From: Sarea resinae
Lineage: Eukaryota
NCBI GenBank assembly: GCA_026026165.1
Contig: JAPEUD010000046.1
Span: 1 to 64,000 of the forward strand
Direction: 5' to 3'
DNA length: 64,000 bases
Shown in pieces: positions 61,517-64,000 of the stretch. Below the pieces are notes generated by a model, which had not been told where the DNA came from, did no database searches, and was given only the letters and a program-made list of their open reading frames with translations. The position numbers were made by a program, and so were the translations under genes. Every line of letters starts with the position of its first letter. Positions within the stretch are counted from its first letter, which is position 1.

Positions 61517-64000
61517 ATGGCTTCTACCCCGACCTCATCCCGTCGGCGGGCGATGATGACCGCCCAGCCGGCCGTGGGATCCCACATGTACAGCCCTGCC
61601 ACATACACTCCGGCATTGCCCTCATCCATAGCCATGATGACGCTAAAGAAGGGTCACACCTTTCACTCTCCCTCTTCTCCGGCTGATGGATTTGATCCAA
61701 TCCTCGACATCCCTTCTCTCCCGAGACGATCGCCAACTTGCCCTAAGGCCCTGGAGGATATTCTTGCTCGTGAGCGACACATGGCTGCCATTATCGGCTC
61801 CATCGATCGCAGCATTGAGGGCGTTCCATCATCATCTGCGAGCGAAAGAAGATCGCTAGAAGAAGAACTCCCTGTCCCACGAATCCTCCTTGACGCGACT
61901 ATGTCCGACCCTGATAGCATGGATATCGATAGCAACCCTAACCGGAAGCCTTCTGGCTTTGTCAGAGGTAAATATGATCGTCAAGCTCATACTGAAGGCG
62001 ACACACGACATCACACATCAGACAGTGGCTTAGGCTCAAGCATTACCGGAACATCGGAAGCTGATGATGAATTCAATATTGGTATGATCACCCTTCATCC
62101 TGAATGTCCCATCTGGCTGCTAACTTACGCCTCAGGTGACCATTACCAGCATTCGTCGACATATGCCTCCGCTCAAGCAGGAATCCGAATCGGCGAAGCC
62201 GGTCGTTTCATTCCGACTTGCCCTTCCCAATCCGCGATATCTCGATCGCTCTCATCCTTGATCCCTTCCGACAACAGCCACGAACGTTGCCTCAGCCAAT
62301 ATGCAACTGAGCAGATTGGAAAGCACATTATTGATCCCATCTTGCTGTTGGCAAATCTGAAGGAATTCCACCCGCTCATAGAAGATGTTCCTCGTTTGAT
62401 CAAAGAGCGGCAGATAACCTGCCTTCGTGATTTGGAGAAGACCGTTCTCTTCTTGGCACCGGTAAGCCGACCTTTCTTTCCCGGGAAATTGGCGTTTACT
62501 TATTGGTATTGTTTCGTGAAGGTCTGGGCGGCGTCCAAGTGGTCCTACCTCCACTTCTGCGAAACCTCCATCCAATGCATACACACTACTGTCAACTACC
62601 TCAATGAACGCGACCAGCGACGACCTACCGACCGACCGTATACTAACGGATACTTCCTTGACCTCGTCGAACAGATTCGCCAATACGCAAGCATGGTCAC
62701 TGCTGCCCGGGAGCGCCAGGCAGCCGGACACAGCTCAAATGAGATGGATTATTCACCGTAAGTTCTCCATCCCACGCGATCACTGGCAAGGACTAATGAG
62801 GATGTAGTGATGAGACGGTCACCTTGCAAGGCGGCTTAAGCCAGAACGGCCGTCCTGCCCAGCTAGTCAGAGTCAAGGAAGGCAAGACCATTCCTTTGGG
62901 TGGCTCGCAGCCTATGGAGCAAGGGGGCAGCTCCTCGAGCAACTTCAGCTCCGAATCGAACCTGAACAGCACGCAGACCATGAAGAGACCTTTTAGCGAC
63001 CAATTCTCTGATGATGATGGTGTTCGACGATCCATGGCCCGGAGGAAGAAATCCTCGCAGCTTGCTAGTCCTGAATCTCCCAAGGTTTGCGGTGTGTGCG
63101 ACAAAAAGTTCAAGCGGCCTTGCGATCTGACGTGAGTCACCCTGACCCTACTCCTCGACAGAGTTGTGCTAACGTATCCTCAAGCAAACATGCCAAGACA
63201 CACTCCCGTCCATGGAAGTGTACCCAGTCTGATTGCGAGTACTATCACAAAGGATGGCCCACCGAGAAGGAGCGGGATAGACATGTTAATGATAAACACT
63301 CGGCCAAACCCGATATGTTTAAGTGCCACTACACTGGCTGCTCGTACCAGTCCAAGCGCGAGAGCAATTGCAAGCAGCACATGGAGAAGTCACATGGGTG
63401 GAATTATATCCGGTCTAAGAGTAGCAAGAAAGCTCCAAAGGTCGAAATCGCCAAGTCTGCTATGGAGGCCGAATCGCCCGCTTCTAGCCACGTCGAAAAT
63501 GCCACGACTCCTACAACCTCAGCTACATACTCCCCGTTCGAGCCGATGGATGGTGACGCCTCGATTTTCGAGGGCGCCATCGATCCGGCCCTTGTGTCTG
63601 CTGATGTCTGCGATGCTCCTTCATGGTTGGAGAACCTGGATGTCCCTGACAACAATCGTTACGTGCGGACGCCGCCCATGGGCTCGGCATTGACCGACAG
63701 CTCCACTGCTTCTACTTCTTTTGAAACACTCCTTACTCCAAATGACGTTGATCTCAACTTTCCCTCTGCTCAATGGCCCATTGCCACCCAGAACCAGCCG
63801 TTCACCAACTTTAATCCGCAATTTCCAACACCTTCTCAGTCTGCTGGGACTGAATCTTTTGACACATTTCCGCATGACCCGTTGATGCCATCCCATGACA
63901 CTTACTTGAGCAACGAACACAACCTCTCCATTAATTTGCAAGGGAACCCGATGCTCTATTCTCCAATCTCGGCGAATGGGTACGGCGGGGACGAATGCAT
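61517..64000 (+). CDS. sltA: C2H2 zinc-finger transcription factor SltA/StzA/Ace1 (3'-partial)
   Basis: LKKGHTFHSP, SDSGLGSSI, CLRDLEKT, DRPYTNGYFLDLVEQIRQYA, SMARRKK, three fingers CDKKFKRPCDLT|KHAKTHSRPWKC...GWPTEKERDRHVNDKH...CKQHMEKSHGW. The ORF is still open at the window end. Confidence 0.92.

Noticed and set aside
1..64000. CRISPR arrays, tRNA/rRNA, intact transposons, secondary-metabolite cluster
   Set aside because: No repeat-spacer arrays, cloverleaf motifs, RT/transposase motifs or PKS/NRPS genes were seen by eye. The questin-oxidase-like gene stands alone among housekeeping genes.

Overview
This is eukaryotic, intron-containing DNA from a filamentous ascomycete (Pezizomycotina). 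Evidence: GT-AG introns with CTRAC branch points, plus SltA/Ace1 and Ada-1-type transcription factors. About 21 protein-coding genes can be reconstructed, mostly housekeeping and often in tight head-to-head pairs: an uncharacterised multi-exon protein, a She3-like coiled-coil protein, NOP12, DEP1, RAD17, an orphan 731-aa ORF, IPA1/UBE3D-like, a questin-oxidase-like protein, MPS1, HUT1, MRPL49, NSA2, ATP4, NOC4, a SEL1-repeat protein, an Ada-1-like bZIP, a ZC3H3/Red5-like CCCH protein, TFG2, CSN4, a secreted lysozyme/GH19-like protein, and SltA/Ace1 (runs off the window end). No tRNA, rRNA, CRISPR or intact transposon was seen. The best non-coding signal is a box H/ACA-like guide RNA inside the unusually long first intron of the IPA1/UBE3D-like gene; its 5' pocket matches U2 snRNA pseudouridine 42 (snR81-like). 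Other leads: a splice-dependent membrane anchor on the bZIP, a weak intron placed in the first zinc finger of the Red5-like gene, a possible degenerate CYTH-fold protein, RIP-like mutation of simple repeats, and a shared TACTCCG(T/G)A-type motif upstream of both TF genes. All gene calls come from motif recognition by eye and all exon boundaries are manual predictions.
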